This document shows positions 22,368 through 30,535 of a DNA stretch of 64,000 nt, piece by piece. Position numbers and translations under genes: made by a program. How positions within the stretch are numbered: the first letter of the stretch is position 1; each line of letters starts with the position of its first letter. The DNA lies in NCBI GenBank assembly GCA_963797555.1, contig CAWCPV010000003.1:704001-768000 (forward strand). Reading direction: 5' to 3'. Source of the stretch: an uncultured Gammaproteobacteria bacterium. Its GTDB lineage: Bacteria; Pseudomonadota; Gammaproteobacteria; CAWCPV01. The notes below the pieces were generated by a model, which worked only from the letters and a program-made list of their open reading frames with translations, did no database searches and had not been told where the DNA came from.

Positions 22368-22396
22368 GCGGTTCCCTTCGTTCACCGCATCCCACA
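22368..22396 (-). repeat. REP-like palindrome
   Basis: GTGGGATGCGGTGAACGAAGGGAACCGC. Confidence 0.65.
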
Positions 22397-22503
22397 CGGG
22401 CTTCGGCCTCCACCCGGCGACTGTCGGGGGATCGCCCGCAGGCGAATGGTAGAAGGGTGACCCCACGTGGTGATGCTAGACGCGATCGGTTCATGGGAGG
22501 GCC

Positions 22504-22582
22504 GCCCAACCACAAGATGGAGCTGACGAGGTCCACGCCGGTAAGGAACCGCGCGCCATCGCGGCTCATCTCGGCATTGAAC
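22504..22582 (+). other. attC site (core mutated)
   Basis: GCCCAAC...GATGGAGCTGACG / CGCGGCTCATC...ATTGAAC; paired L boxes with extrahelical bases. Confidence 0.7.
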
Positions 22583-22631
22583 GGCAGAAACAACCGACGC
22601 CGAGATCGAACTAGTCAGCGAGAGAGCGATC

Positions 22632-23048
22632 ATGCTTTGCGCCGATAGCTACACAAAGGACTACGTGAGCGCTTGCCGAGCCAAGCTCGAGCAACAGGTT
22701 TCAGCGTACGAGCGCTTGATAAAGGCTGCGGGCAAGCCCGCCGAAGCGGCTGTCAAGGAATTTGAACCTCAGTTCTTCGGCAATATGATCCTGGCATTGG
22801 AGACCCGCTTCGTGCATAGGGCAAGAGGCAAAGAAGGAAAGGATGGCAATCCGCTGAATGAGGTGCGGATGATCAGTGCTTCAATGATTGCCAACGCCGA
22901 CACACTGCTTCCCGACAAGACCATCAAGTACGATCCGGCCAAGTCTATTCTGGGCTTGGAGATCGGCGACGAGATAAGGATAACGAAATCCGGGTACAGT
23001 GCCCTCTCCGAAGCGTTCCTGGCAGAAATCGAGGCAAAGTACCCGTAG
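22632..23048 (+). CDS. Hypothetical protein, gene cassette
   Basis: 138 aa ORF, lower GC, directly after attC; followed by a truncated GTTAGTA core near 23072. Confidence 0.75.
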   Translation: MLCADSYTKDYVSACRAKLEQQVSAYERLIKAAGKPAEAAVKEFEPQFFGNMILALETRFVHRARGKEGKDGNPLNEVRMISASMIANADTLLPDKTIKYDPAKSILGLEIGDEIRITKSGYSALSEAFLAEIEAKYP

Positions 23049-23108
23049 CGGCATGAAAGCCACGACCTACCGTTAGTACATTCCCGCGGAAAGACCCGAG
23101 GAGGCCCC

Positions 23109-23483
23109 ATGCTGCAAAACGCCCCAATGTATTCATATATACCGGCGAAGGACCTCGCCCGCGCGCGTAGATTCTACGAGGAGAAGCTGGGCTTCAGGCC
23201 GAAGCGGGACACGGCGGGCGGCGTAGTCTACGAGTTCGGGAAGGGCACCGCGTGCTTTCTGTATCCGACGCCGAACGCCGGCACCTCCCAAGCGAGCCAG
23301 GCGTTCTGGCAAGTCGAGGACATCGAACGCGAGGTCGCGGAGCTGAAGGCGCGCGGCGTGAACTTCGAGATGTACGACACGCCCGAGATGAACGAGAACG
23401 GCATCTCGACCGCTGGCGATGCCAAAGCTGCGTGGTTCAAGGACACGGAAGGAAACATCATGGCGCTGATCCAGAGCGTCTGA
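23109..23483 (+). CDS. VOC/glyoxalase family protein, gene cassette
   Basis: DLARARRFYEEKLG, AWFKDTEGN; RBS GGAGG. Confidence 0.88.
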   Translation: MLQNAPMYSYIPAKDLARARRFYEEKLGFRPKRDTAGGVVYEFGKGTACFLYPTPNAGTSQASQAFWQVEDIEREVAELKARGVNFEMYDTPEMNENGISTAGDAKAAWFKDTEGNIMALIQSV

Positions 23484-23575
23484 GTTCCGATTCCGGCATG
23501 TTCGCCGTTAGTCCTCGGTTAGATCACGCCCGAAGGAAATGTAGACTTCCCTGGGAACTCGTGAAAATTGATGCC

Positions 23576-23656
23576 GCATAACAACGCGATCGACTATGAC
23601 GCCTTACCAGTGCTAGATATTGTGCTGGTGGGCGCATGTCATCGCGAACTTTGGAC
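23576..23656 (+). other. attC site (core mutated)
   Basis: GCATAAC AACGCGATCGACTATGACGC...GCGCATGTCATCGCGAAC TTTGGAC. Confidence 0.7.
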
Positions 23657-23694
23657 CGCACAAGCAATTCCAGGGCGCGCGCGAGGATAGTTTC

Positions 23695-24180
23695 ATGGAT
23701 ATTCAGGCGCTATTTGGACTCAGCATCCTCATGTGTTTTGTAGCTTTTGGCTTGGTCACGAAGCTCTACATCTGGCCCCGTCTGCGGATGCTGGAGCGGG
23801 ACGATGCGCTCGCTCCATTGGTCTTGCCCCACACGTTTCGATTCATCGGCCTCAGCTTCCTGGTGCCGGGGGTTGTCTCTCCCTCGCTCCCGTCGGCCTT
23901 CGCCGCTCCAGCCGCATACGGCGATCTGGTTGCAGCCGTGCTCGCAGTCGCCGCTACTGTTGCGCTTTCCAGGCGTGCGCCAGTGGCCACCTTGCTCGTG
24001 TGGCTGTTCAACGTGTGGGGTGCGGCCGACCTCCTATTTGCGTTTTACCGAGGGTTGTTCGAGGTTCAGCTTGACCCGAGGATGCTCGGCGCCGCGTTCT
24101 TCATTCCAACAGCGATAGTGCCGCCCCTTCTGGTCACGCATGGCCTGATATTCTGGCTACTTGTCCGACCCAGGCATTAA
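23695..24180 (+). CDS. Membrane protein, gene cassette
   Basis: Multiple TM segments; HTFRFIGL, AYGDL, FNVWGAADL. Confidence 0.75.
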   Translation: MDIQALFGLSILMCFVAFGLVTKLYIWPRLRMLERDDALAPLVLPHTFRFIGLSFLVPGVVSPSLPSAFAAPAAYGDLVAAVLAVAATVALSRRAPVATLLVWLFNVWGAADLLFAFYRGLFEVQLDPRMLGAAFFIPTAIVPPLLVTHGLIFWLLVRPRH

Positions 24181-24233
24181 AGCGCGGCATCGAACGTGGC
24201 GCCATTCAAACACTCGCCGATGACGAAGGTGCC

Positions 24234-24324
24234 GCCTAATCTTGCGCTCAACCGGACGGGCCGACATGCAGCTTCAACTTGGCGAGCATCGGCGCGGCGC
24301 GCCGGTTAGCTTGATGCGTTGGGC
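24234..24324 (+). other. attC site
   Basis: GCCTAAT...GCTCAACCGGACG...CGCCGGTTAGC...GTTGGGC. Confidence 0.8.
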
Positions 24325-24357
24325 GAATCTATTGTGATCCGTAGATTAACTTTCAGC

Positions 24358-25422
24358 ATGCCCGTCTGGAGCCTTGTTGTACCGGTCGCAGTCTGCGCCA
24401 CGCTTGCCGCAGTTTGGGGTCGTCCGCTGGGCTGGATCCTTGTTTCCTTGGTCGCTGCCGCGCTAGCCGCAGCCGTAATCGTCGCCGTTCACCACGCCGA
24501 AGTCGTTGCGCTTCGTGTCGGCGAGCCCTTCGGCACACTGGTTCTCGCCTTGGCGGTCACCGTCATTGAGCTGTCGCTGATCGTCTCATTGATGACTTCC
24601 GGCGGGGCGGCGGCCAGCGAGCTGGCCCGGGATACGGTGTTTGCAACCGTGATGATCATCTGCAACGGCGTAGTGGGTCTGTGCCTATTGCTGGGGGCTT
24701 TGCGGCATCGCGTGCTCGCCTTCCGGGTCGACGCCGTCAACCCGGCGCTGTCGGTACTTGCCACCCTCGCGACCTTGACGCTGGTGCTGCCCACGTACAC
24801 GTCCTCCACGCCCGGACCAACGTTCTCCCCCGTGCAACTTGTTTTTGCCGGTGTGGTCTCGCTGACGCTCTACGCGGCTTTCGTCTTCGTGCAGACTGTG
24901 CGGCATCGGGATTACTTTCTGCCGGTCGGGGTGGCGTTCGAGGATGCGCACGCGACCCCGCCTCCGGTTTCCGTGGCGCTGATGAGTTTTACCCTTCTGT
25001 TTTTCTCGCTTTTGGCCGTCGTTGGTCTGGCCAAGACGCTTGCGCCAAGCATCGAAGGCGCTGTTAAGGCGGCATCGGCGCCGCAGGCTGTCGTTGGCAT
25101 CGTCATCGCGCTGCTGGTTCTGCTGCCCGAAACCTGGGCCGCCGTGCGGGCGGCCCTCCGCAATCGCATGCAGACCAGCTTCAACCTGGCGCTGGGCTCC
25201 GCGCTCGCCACCATCGGCCTGACCATACCGGCAGTGGCCATCACTTCCATTGTTCTGCGGTTGCCGCTGGATCTCGGCCTGCCCCCCAAGGAGATCACGC
25301 TGCTGGCGCTGACCTTGCTGATTTCGGCAATAACCCTTGCCAGGGGGCAATCCACGGTGCTTCAGGGAGCCGTGCACCTGATTTTGTTCGCCGTCTTTCT
25401 ATTCCTTGCGATCGTGCCGTGA
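24358..25422 (+). CDS. chaA: Ca2+/H+ antiporter (CaCA family), gene cassette
   Basis: HHAEVVALRVGEPFGTLVLALAVTVIE, LLPE, SFNLALGSALATIGLTIPAV. Confidence 0.9.
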   Translation: MPVWSLVVPVAVCATLAAVWGRPLGWILVSLVAAALAAAVIVAVHHAEVVALRVGEPFGTLVLALAVTVIELSLIVSLMTSGGAAASELARDTVFATVMIICNGVVGLCLLLGALRHRVLAFRVDAVNPALSVLATLATLTLVLPTYTSSTPGPTFSPVQLVFAGVVSLTLYAAFVFVQTVRHRDYFLPVGVAFEDAHATPPPVSVALMSFTLLFFSLLAVVGLAKTLAPSIEGAVKAASAPQAVVGIVIALLVLLPETWAAVRAALRNRMQTSFNLALGSALATIGLTIPAVAITSIVLRLPLDLGLPPKEITLLALTLLISAITLARGQSTVLQGAVHLILFAVFLFLAIVP

Positions 25423-25482
25423 CGTATGGCGGGCAGCGAGCAGCACAAGTCAACTCTTGCGGGCATCGGCGAGAGTCGCCCA

Positions 25483-25551
25483 ATCGGGTAAGGGGGCTGC
25501 TAACCCTCCCTCCCCGTACCACCCGGCATGCGGGTCCGCACCGGGCGGTTC
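25483..25551 (-). ncRNA. Group IIC intron 3' remnant (domains V-VI) inserted in an attC inverse core
   Basis: GAACCGCCCGGTGCGGACCCGCATGCCGGGTGGT (DV, CGC triad), DVI with bulged A ending CCCGAT; 3' exon TGGGC. Confidence 0.85.
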
Positions 25552-25654
25552 AGGCATGGCGGTGTTCGGTCATCGATCACCTTCTCTCGTCCAGCTCTTT
25601 TCGCGAGCGATGTGGTTCCTTTGTTCACCGCATCCGACGCGGGCTCGGCGCCTG
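25551..25654 (-). repeat. Second copy of REP plus RAYT 5' end
   Basis: Highly similar to 21637-21740, including the RAYT ATG ACC GA start. Confidence 0.85.
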
Positions 25655-27753
25655 ATGAGGCTCAGCCAGCTTGCAAGCAAACGGAACCTTGAGCTAGCGT
25701 GGAGGCGGATTACCACTGGCGGCAACTACCAGTACAAGCGGCTGTACCGCAGCATCTACTACGCCTATGAGGTCGCCCTCGACGCCAACTTGCGGGACCT
25801 CCGTCAACGGCTGCTGGGTGGCGCCTTTGAGGCCCGTCACCCGGAGCGAATCTACGTTCCGAAGGCTTCGGGCCTCCATCGCCCGTTAGCGCTGCTGAGC
25901 ATCGAGGACCAGGTCGTTCTGCAGGCATTTGCAAATCTCGCCGCGAATCGAATGCAGCGCCGCCGCGCCCAGCTTCAGTTCAAGGTCGTCTTCAGCAACA
26001 TCTTGGAGAAGCCCGACAGCATCTTCTTCTTCCGCCGCTGGCAGAACACTTACAGGGCCTTCCAAGGGCGTATCCGAAAGCACTACCAAGCGGGCATGCG
26101 ATGGGTCGGCGATTTCGACCTGGCAGCCTTCTACGACACGATCTCCCACGAACTCCTGGTGCGGACGATCTACCCGCGTATAACCAACGCTGACCTCGAT
26201 TGGATCGGGCAGTGTTTGCGGACCTGGAGCTCCGACCGAGCAGTTTCGGGGCACGGCCACGGCCTGCCGCAAGGACCCTTGGCGTCCGATTTTCTCGCCG
26301 AGTGCTTCTTGCTCCCCATCGACCTCGCGCTCCAGAAGCGGCGAGGGTACACGCGGTACGTCGACGACGTGCGGCTCTTCGGCGCCACCGAGAATGAGGT
26401 TCGAGCGGACCTGATCGAGATCGAACGCCACTGCCGCGAGCGAGGCCTCATCCCGCAGACGGGTAAGTTCGCCATCAAGCGCGCCCAAAGTGTCCAAGAG
26501 GCAATGGGGATGCTCCCCAGCATTTCGGACCCGCAGCACGGGGCGGGCGGCACCGAGACGATTGACAGGAAGCAGGCTCGGCGGGCGTTTCGCTCGGCGA
26601 TTGGCGGGAAGCCATACCAAGTCACAGACAAAACGCGGCTCCGGTACGTCCTCTATCGAGCAGAGCCCGACAGCGACCTTCTCAAGCTGGTGCTACGCCT
26701 CATTCCACACCACCCGGAGCATGCCGACGCGTTCTTCGCGTACCTTGGCCGCTTCGACTACAGGAAGCCGATCGAGCGGCTCTGCCTCAGCCTGGTGCAG
26801 CAGAATCCATACCCATACGTTCGAGGCGAGGCATGGCACGTTCTGGCCAAGTATCTCCGGGAGGCACGGTCCATGACGGCCGGCGATCCGACACCGCTCA
26901 CGACGAGGGCCATCAACATTGCGAAGCAGAGGACCCAGGAGAACTTCGTCGAGCGGTGGAGCGCCTGTCACTTCCTCTGCGTGTCGGAGGGCCTCACGTC
27001 AGCTCGACACAGCAGGTTTCTGAAGTACCAGGCACCGCTACTCCAGTCGCTGTTGGCCCCGGTGCTTCCTGGTACCGCGTTCGCAAAGGGAGAAGTGGTT
27101 GAGACCTACCTTGGGCGAACGACGCCGGAGCCAGGGTTGTCGGTGTGTTCAGCGATGCACGAGCGTGGCTTGACGCCCTCGACCTTCGGGCTGACCATGG
27201 ACCAGCTGCCATCGCAGTCGCCAACACGCTGCGGGAGCTGGGCGTCGTCTCAGCGCCCGGGCCCAAGGTCGATCCGATCGCCGAGATTCTCCACAGCCGA
27301 TACGCGGTGCCCCGCGGCAAGTCATGGCATCAGTTGCTTGGCGCCGAGTACGTGCACGCGCTGGGTCTTCTGAAGCAGGCCGAAGCCGCATTCGCGGGGG
27401 GCCTCTCTTTCTGGCTTGCCTGCCAGAACTCGTTCAACCAGACCGTATTCCTGGCCCTGTAGCGGCACCTCGCGGCGACGGGCCACGCGGCGGCTTGCAC
27501 GATCATCGACAAGAAGGGGCAGCTTGTAGACTTCGGGGTCACGCTGGACACGAACGGACCGTTCTCGAAGAACTGTCCGACCATCGGCAACTCCTTTCGG
27601 GACATGAACACGCGCCGCAACCAACTTCCGGTGTCGCACCCCTACGACAAGAAGACGGCGGCGCAGTCACGGCACCTCAAGGCCCAGGAGAGAAACCAGT
27701 TCGTGGCCAAGCTACGAACCGCCTATCTCAACTTGGTGGTGCTCATGCCGTGA
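25655..27753 (+). CDS. Reverse transcriptase of UG/Abi type with helical region and HEPN-like C-terminus (~700 aa; frameshift near 27215, in-frame TAG at 27460)
   Basis: PKASGLHRPL, DLAAFYDTISH, GLPQGPLAS, RYVDD; reconstructed tail ...FRDMNTRRNQLPVSHPY...; followed by attC. Confidence 0.85.
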
Positions 27754-27816
27754 GGGCGCATGGAATCCGACCGGTAGTGGTGATCGAGAAGCCGCATCCG
27801 CTAGAGTGGGAATGCT

Positions 27817-27876
27817 GCCCAACAACAGCATGGAGCGGACGGCGCTGCGCGCCGCCGCTGATGCGGAGCGTTCGCG
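27817..27876 (+). other. attC site
   Basis: GCCCAAC AACAGCATGGAGCGGACGGCGC...GCGCCGCCGCTGATGCGGAGC GTTCGCG. Confidence 0.8.
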
Positions 27877-27900
27877 CGAGGGAGAGAATAGGAGATCACA

Positions 27901-29010
27901 ATGAAGGACATCGTGAAATGCATCGAGAATCTCCGGGTACAACTGGACCGTCACCGCAAGCAGGGGCTCAAAGAGTATCCGACTCGGACGATCTTCATTG
28001 ATCCCCTTCTCGCCGCCCTTGGCTGGGATGTTCGTGATCCTGACGAGGTAGAACTTGAGCATCCCACAGTGGATGGAAAGTCGGTGGACTACGCGATGAA
28101 GGTCAACCGAAGGGTTGTTCTCCACCTGGAGGCAAAGCAACTTGGGGATCCCCTTGACGACGTCAAGTCCATCACACAGGTTGTGGGCTACGCCGCCAAT
28201 GATGGAATTGAATGGTGTGTGCTGACGAACGGAGTCAAATACAAGGTGTATAAGGCATCGGAGAAGGCCAGCGCGCCGGACAAGCTCCTCTTCGAAGTAA
28301 GCATAGACCCAAACGACTCACGCGGGCTGACGCCTGAAGAATTGGCGCGGCAATTCAGCCGCCTGTCTCGAGAGTCCATGGCGAAGGGGCTGCTGGACCA
28401 ACTCGGAACCGAGATTTTCACGACAGGAAAAATACGGAAGGTGCTTGATCGCCTATTCGCCGAGACGCCAGCATCCTTCATCCGTCTGATTCGAAAGACT
28501 ATGAGCGATTCATCGGTGACACCATCCCAAATCGAACAGGCGCTGCACCGCATCTGGGACAGTGGCAAGGAACCAATTCCCTCGTCAGTAAGCCAATCGA
28601 AGGTTCAGCGACCGGAACGGACAGACTCCGGCCGTCGAACCACCGAATACCTGGAGAGCCACCACACAGACGGCAAACCAAACGAAGTCGTCGAACTCTA
28701 TCGAGGATTGGACAGATACTGCCAAGACCTTGCACCAGGGCGAGTCACCCGCGTCTACAAGGCCAAGTACATAACTTGGTCCCTGGATAAGGCGATCTTC
28801 TGTTGTGCTCATCTCCAACAAAGCGGACTCCGGGTATGGCTGAAGATTGATCCGAAGACGCTCGGGCCATCCCAATCTTTCGCCCGGGATGTCTCGAAGA
28901 TCGGACACTGGGGTGTTGGCGACGTTGAGCTTGCGATCAACAGCCTTGAGCGCTTGCGGGATTCGGAAGCGTACGTTCGCAAGTCGTTCGAGAACGTGAC
29001 CCAGGAGTAA
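27901..29010 (+). CDS. HsdR_N-like restriction endonuclease fused to DUF5655-like domain, gene cassette
   Basis: TRTIFIDPLLAALGWD, VDYAM..EAK, Q..GYA, WCVLTNG; C-terminal RDVSKIGHWGVGDVE. Confidence 0.8.
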   Translation: MKDIVKCIENLRVQLDRHRKQGLKEYPTRTIFIDPLLAALGWDVRDPDEVELEHPTVDGKSVDYAMKVNRRVVLHLEAKQLGDPLDDVKSITQVVGYAANDGIEWCVLTNGVKYKVYKASEKASAPDKLLFEVSIDPNDSRGLTPEELARQFSRLSRESMAKGLLDQLGTEIFTTGKIRKVLDRLFAETPASFIRLIRKTMSDSSVTPSQIEQALHRIWDSGKEPIPSSVSQSKVQRPERTDSGRRTTEYLESHHTDGKPNEVVELYRGLDRYCQDLAPGRVTRVYKAKYITWSLDKAIFCCAHLQQSGLRVWLKIDPKTLGPSQSFARDVSKIGHWGVGDVELAINSLERLRDSEAYVRKSFENVTQE

Positions 29011-29021
29011 TACTACAAGAT

Positions 29022-29092
29022 GGCGAACAAGGACCTCGCACCTTACCGGTGACCCGCCTCGGGTCACCGGAAGGTGAAGGCTGTCGTTAGGG
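29022..29092 (+). other. attC site
   Basis: GGCGAAC...CACCTTACCGGTGACCCG CCT CGGGTCACCGGAAGGTG...GTTAGGG. Confidence 0.8.
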
Positions 29093-29669
29093 CTTCGTGC
29101 ATGACGATTCCCATCTTCAGCGAGATTGAGCGTCTTATCACATCACAGAGAACGGGTCCGCTGTCGTTCTCAAGGAGCATCTTGGGCTTCTCAATACCAA
29201 GCTTGGCCTGCTCAAGCCCGTCAACCGCCTCCCAGTCACCGGACAAGCGCCTGACATTCAAGGCGAGCACCGGCGAGGCGAGATGCACCACCCCGAGGTC
29301 GGGCAGCGCCCGCGGTTCCGGGGACAGTATACGGGTTCCGCGGACAGTCTACGTGACTCGTCAGACAGGGAGCCGGCCTTGCACTCGTTTGCGGACGCCT
29401 GAAGGCGAAGCATCGATGTCTGGAATTGGCCGGAAGCCCACCGTTGCATACGGCGTCGCCGATCGCGATCCCGAGATAGCGGACGCTGTGAACTCAATAT
29501 GGGCCTCACAAGGAGGCGAGACGGGCTCAAACCCTCAGTCGGCCCCACTTTTTGCTTGATGCGCCAGTCACTTTTCAGCTGTCTCCGTCTTCTTCGGGGA
29601 GCCCGTCGGTAACGGCCCGGCCCGCGGCTCAGCAAGCGCTGCGACTTCTCATTCGAAGGATTCAGGCCA

Positions 29670-29936
29670 TCACCGGGCGGTGTGGTAGACGCGGAGAATT
29701 TGCAGCGCGTCTCCAACAATCCGGTAAGGGGCGATGTAGCGGGTTCCCGAAACCACCAGTTCGCGGGTGCCGGGCACGCGCCCGGGCCGCCCGATCTGGG
29801 GCGTGGCGGCCAACAGAAGGACGCACTCCCGGATGCGCTCGTGTAGCACCCTGGCGGCAGCGGGATTGTCCCGCACGATGTGAAAATAGATGCCCCGCAG
29901 GTCGCGGCGGGCTTGCGGTGACCAGAGGAGCTTCAA
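29670..29936 (-). CDS. RelE/ParE family toxin
   Basis: WSPQARRDL, GRPGRVPGTRELVV, QILRVYH. Confidence 0.88.
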   Translation of the reverse strand: MKLLWSPQARRDLRGIYFHIVRDNPAAARVLHERIRECVLLLAATPQIGRPGRVPGTRELVVSGTRYIAPYRIVGDALQILRVYHTAR

Positions 29937-30187
29937 GGTTTGGCATCGCGCCCGGACAGCAATGCCTCCATCTCGGCCATGACCTGCTCATGCGGGATCC
30001 CCTCGCCTTTGTCGAGGGAGACCATGGCTTCCTTGATGCCTTCAGTCTGCCAGGCCTGCGCTTCCACATACTGCCGGATCGCGTCTTCGATAACCCAGTT
30101 GCGAGACCGATCCATGGCGGCAGCGAGGGCTTCCACCTTGGCGACGAGCTCGGGGTCTGTGCGGATGGTTATGCTGGTGCCTGCCAT
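29933..30187 (-). CDS. Ribbon-helix-helix (CopG-like) antitoxin
   Basis: ITIRTD..LAAAMDRSRNWVIEDAI; 4-bp overlap with toxin. Confidence 0.88.
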   Translation of the reverse strand: MAGTSITIRTDPELVAKVEALAAAMDRSRNWVIEDAIRQYVEAQAWQTEGIKEAMVSLDKGEGIPHEQVMAEMEALLSGRDAKP

Positions 30188-30535
30188 GACGTAACCTCTA
30201 TGATTGCTTTGCACTCAACAGCATTCATAGCACAGGGGCCGGATCGTGGACAAGGGGTCCCTTTTGGGACCCTGGCCAGCTCACCGCCACGTTACCGACC
30301 CGCTGGCCCGCCGTGCTCGGCACTGTGCATAGCGCAGGCGGTTACCGAACAGCGAATGCAGGCCCGGGGTGTGATGCGCCCTCATGCGCGCATCGCAACG
30401 CCCCTGCAGCCCAAGCGGGCGTCACCGTCCATCCGGGGGATAGTTGACGGCTCCAGACTCAAGCCTTGGCCTGGGCGCGCACCTGTGTTACAAACTAGCG
30501 TGCTGCTCAGCCCTCCCAGGTTTGCGTCCCGCGCC

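Noticed and set aside
25655-27753. RT as the protein of the adjacent group II intron, or as a DGR/retron RT
   Set aside because: Opposite strand to DV/DVI, YVDD with a long non-maturase tail, no TR/VR pair, and no retron VTG motif or msr-msd recognised
29314-29353. Two short tandem GGTTCCG(C)GGACAGTMTACG units
   Set aside because: Only two imperfect copies; insufficient for an array or iteron call
29552-30535. N-terminal extension of the 926 aa ORF containing adenine deaminase
   Set aside because: Antisense read-through of the TA pair; ade homology starts at 30536
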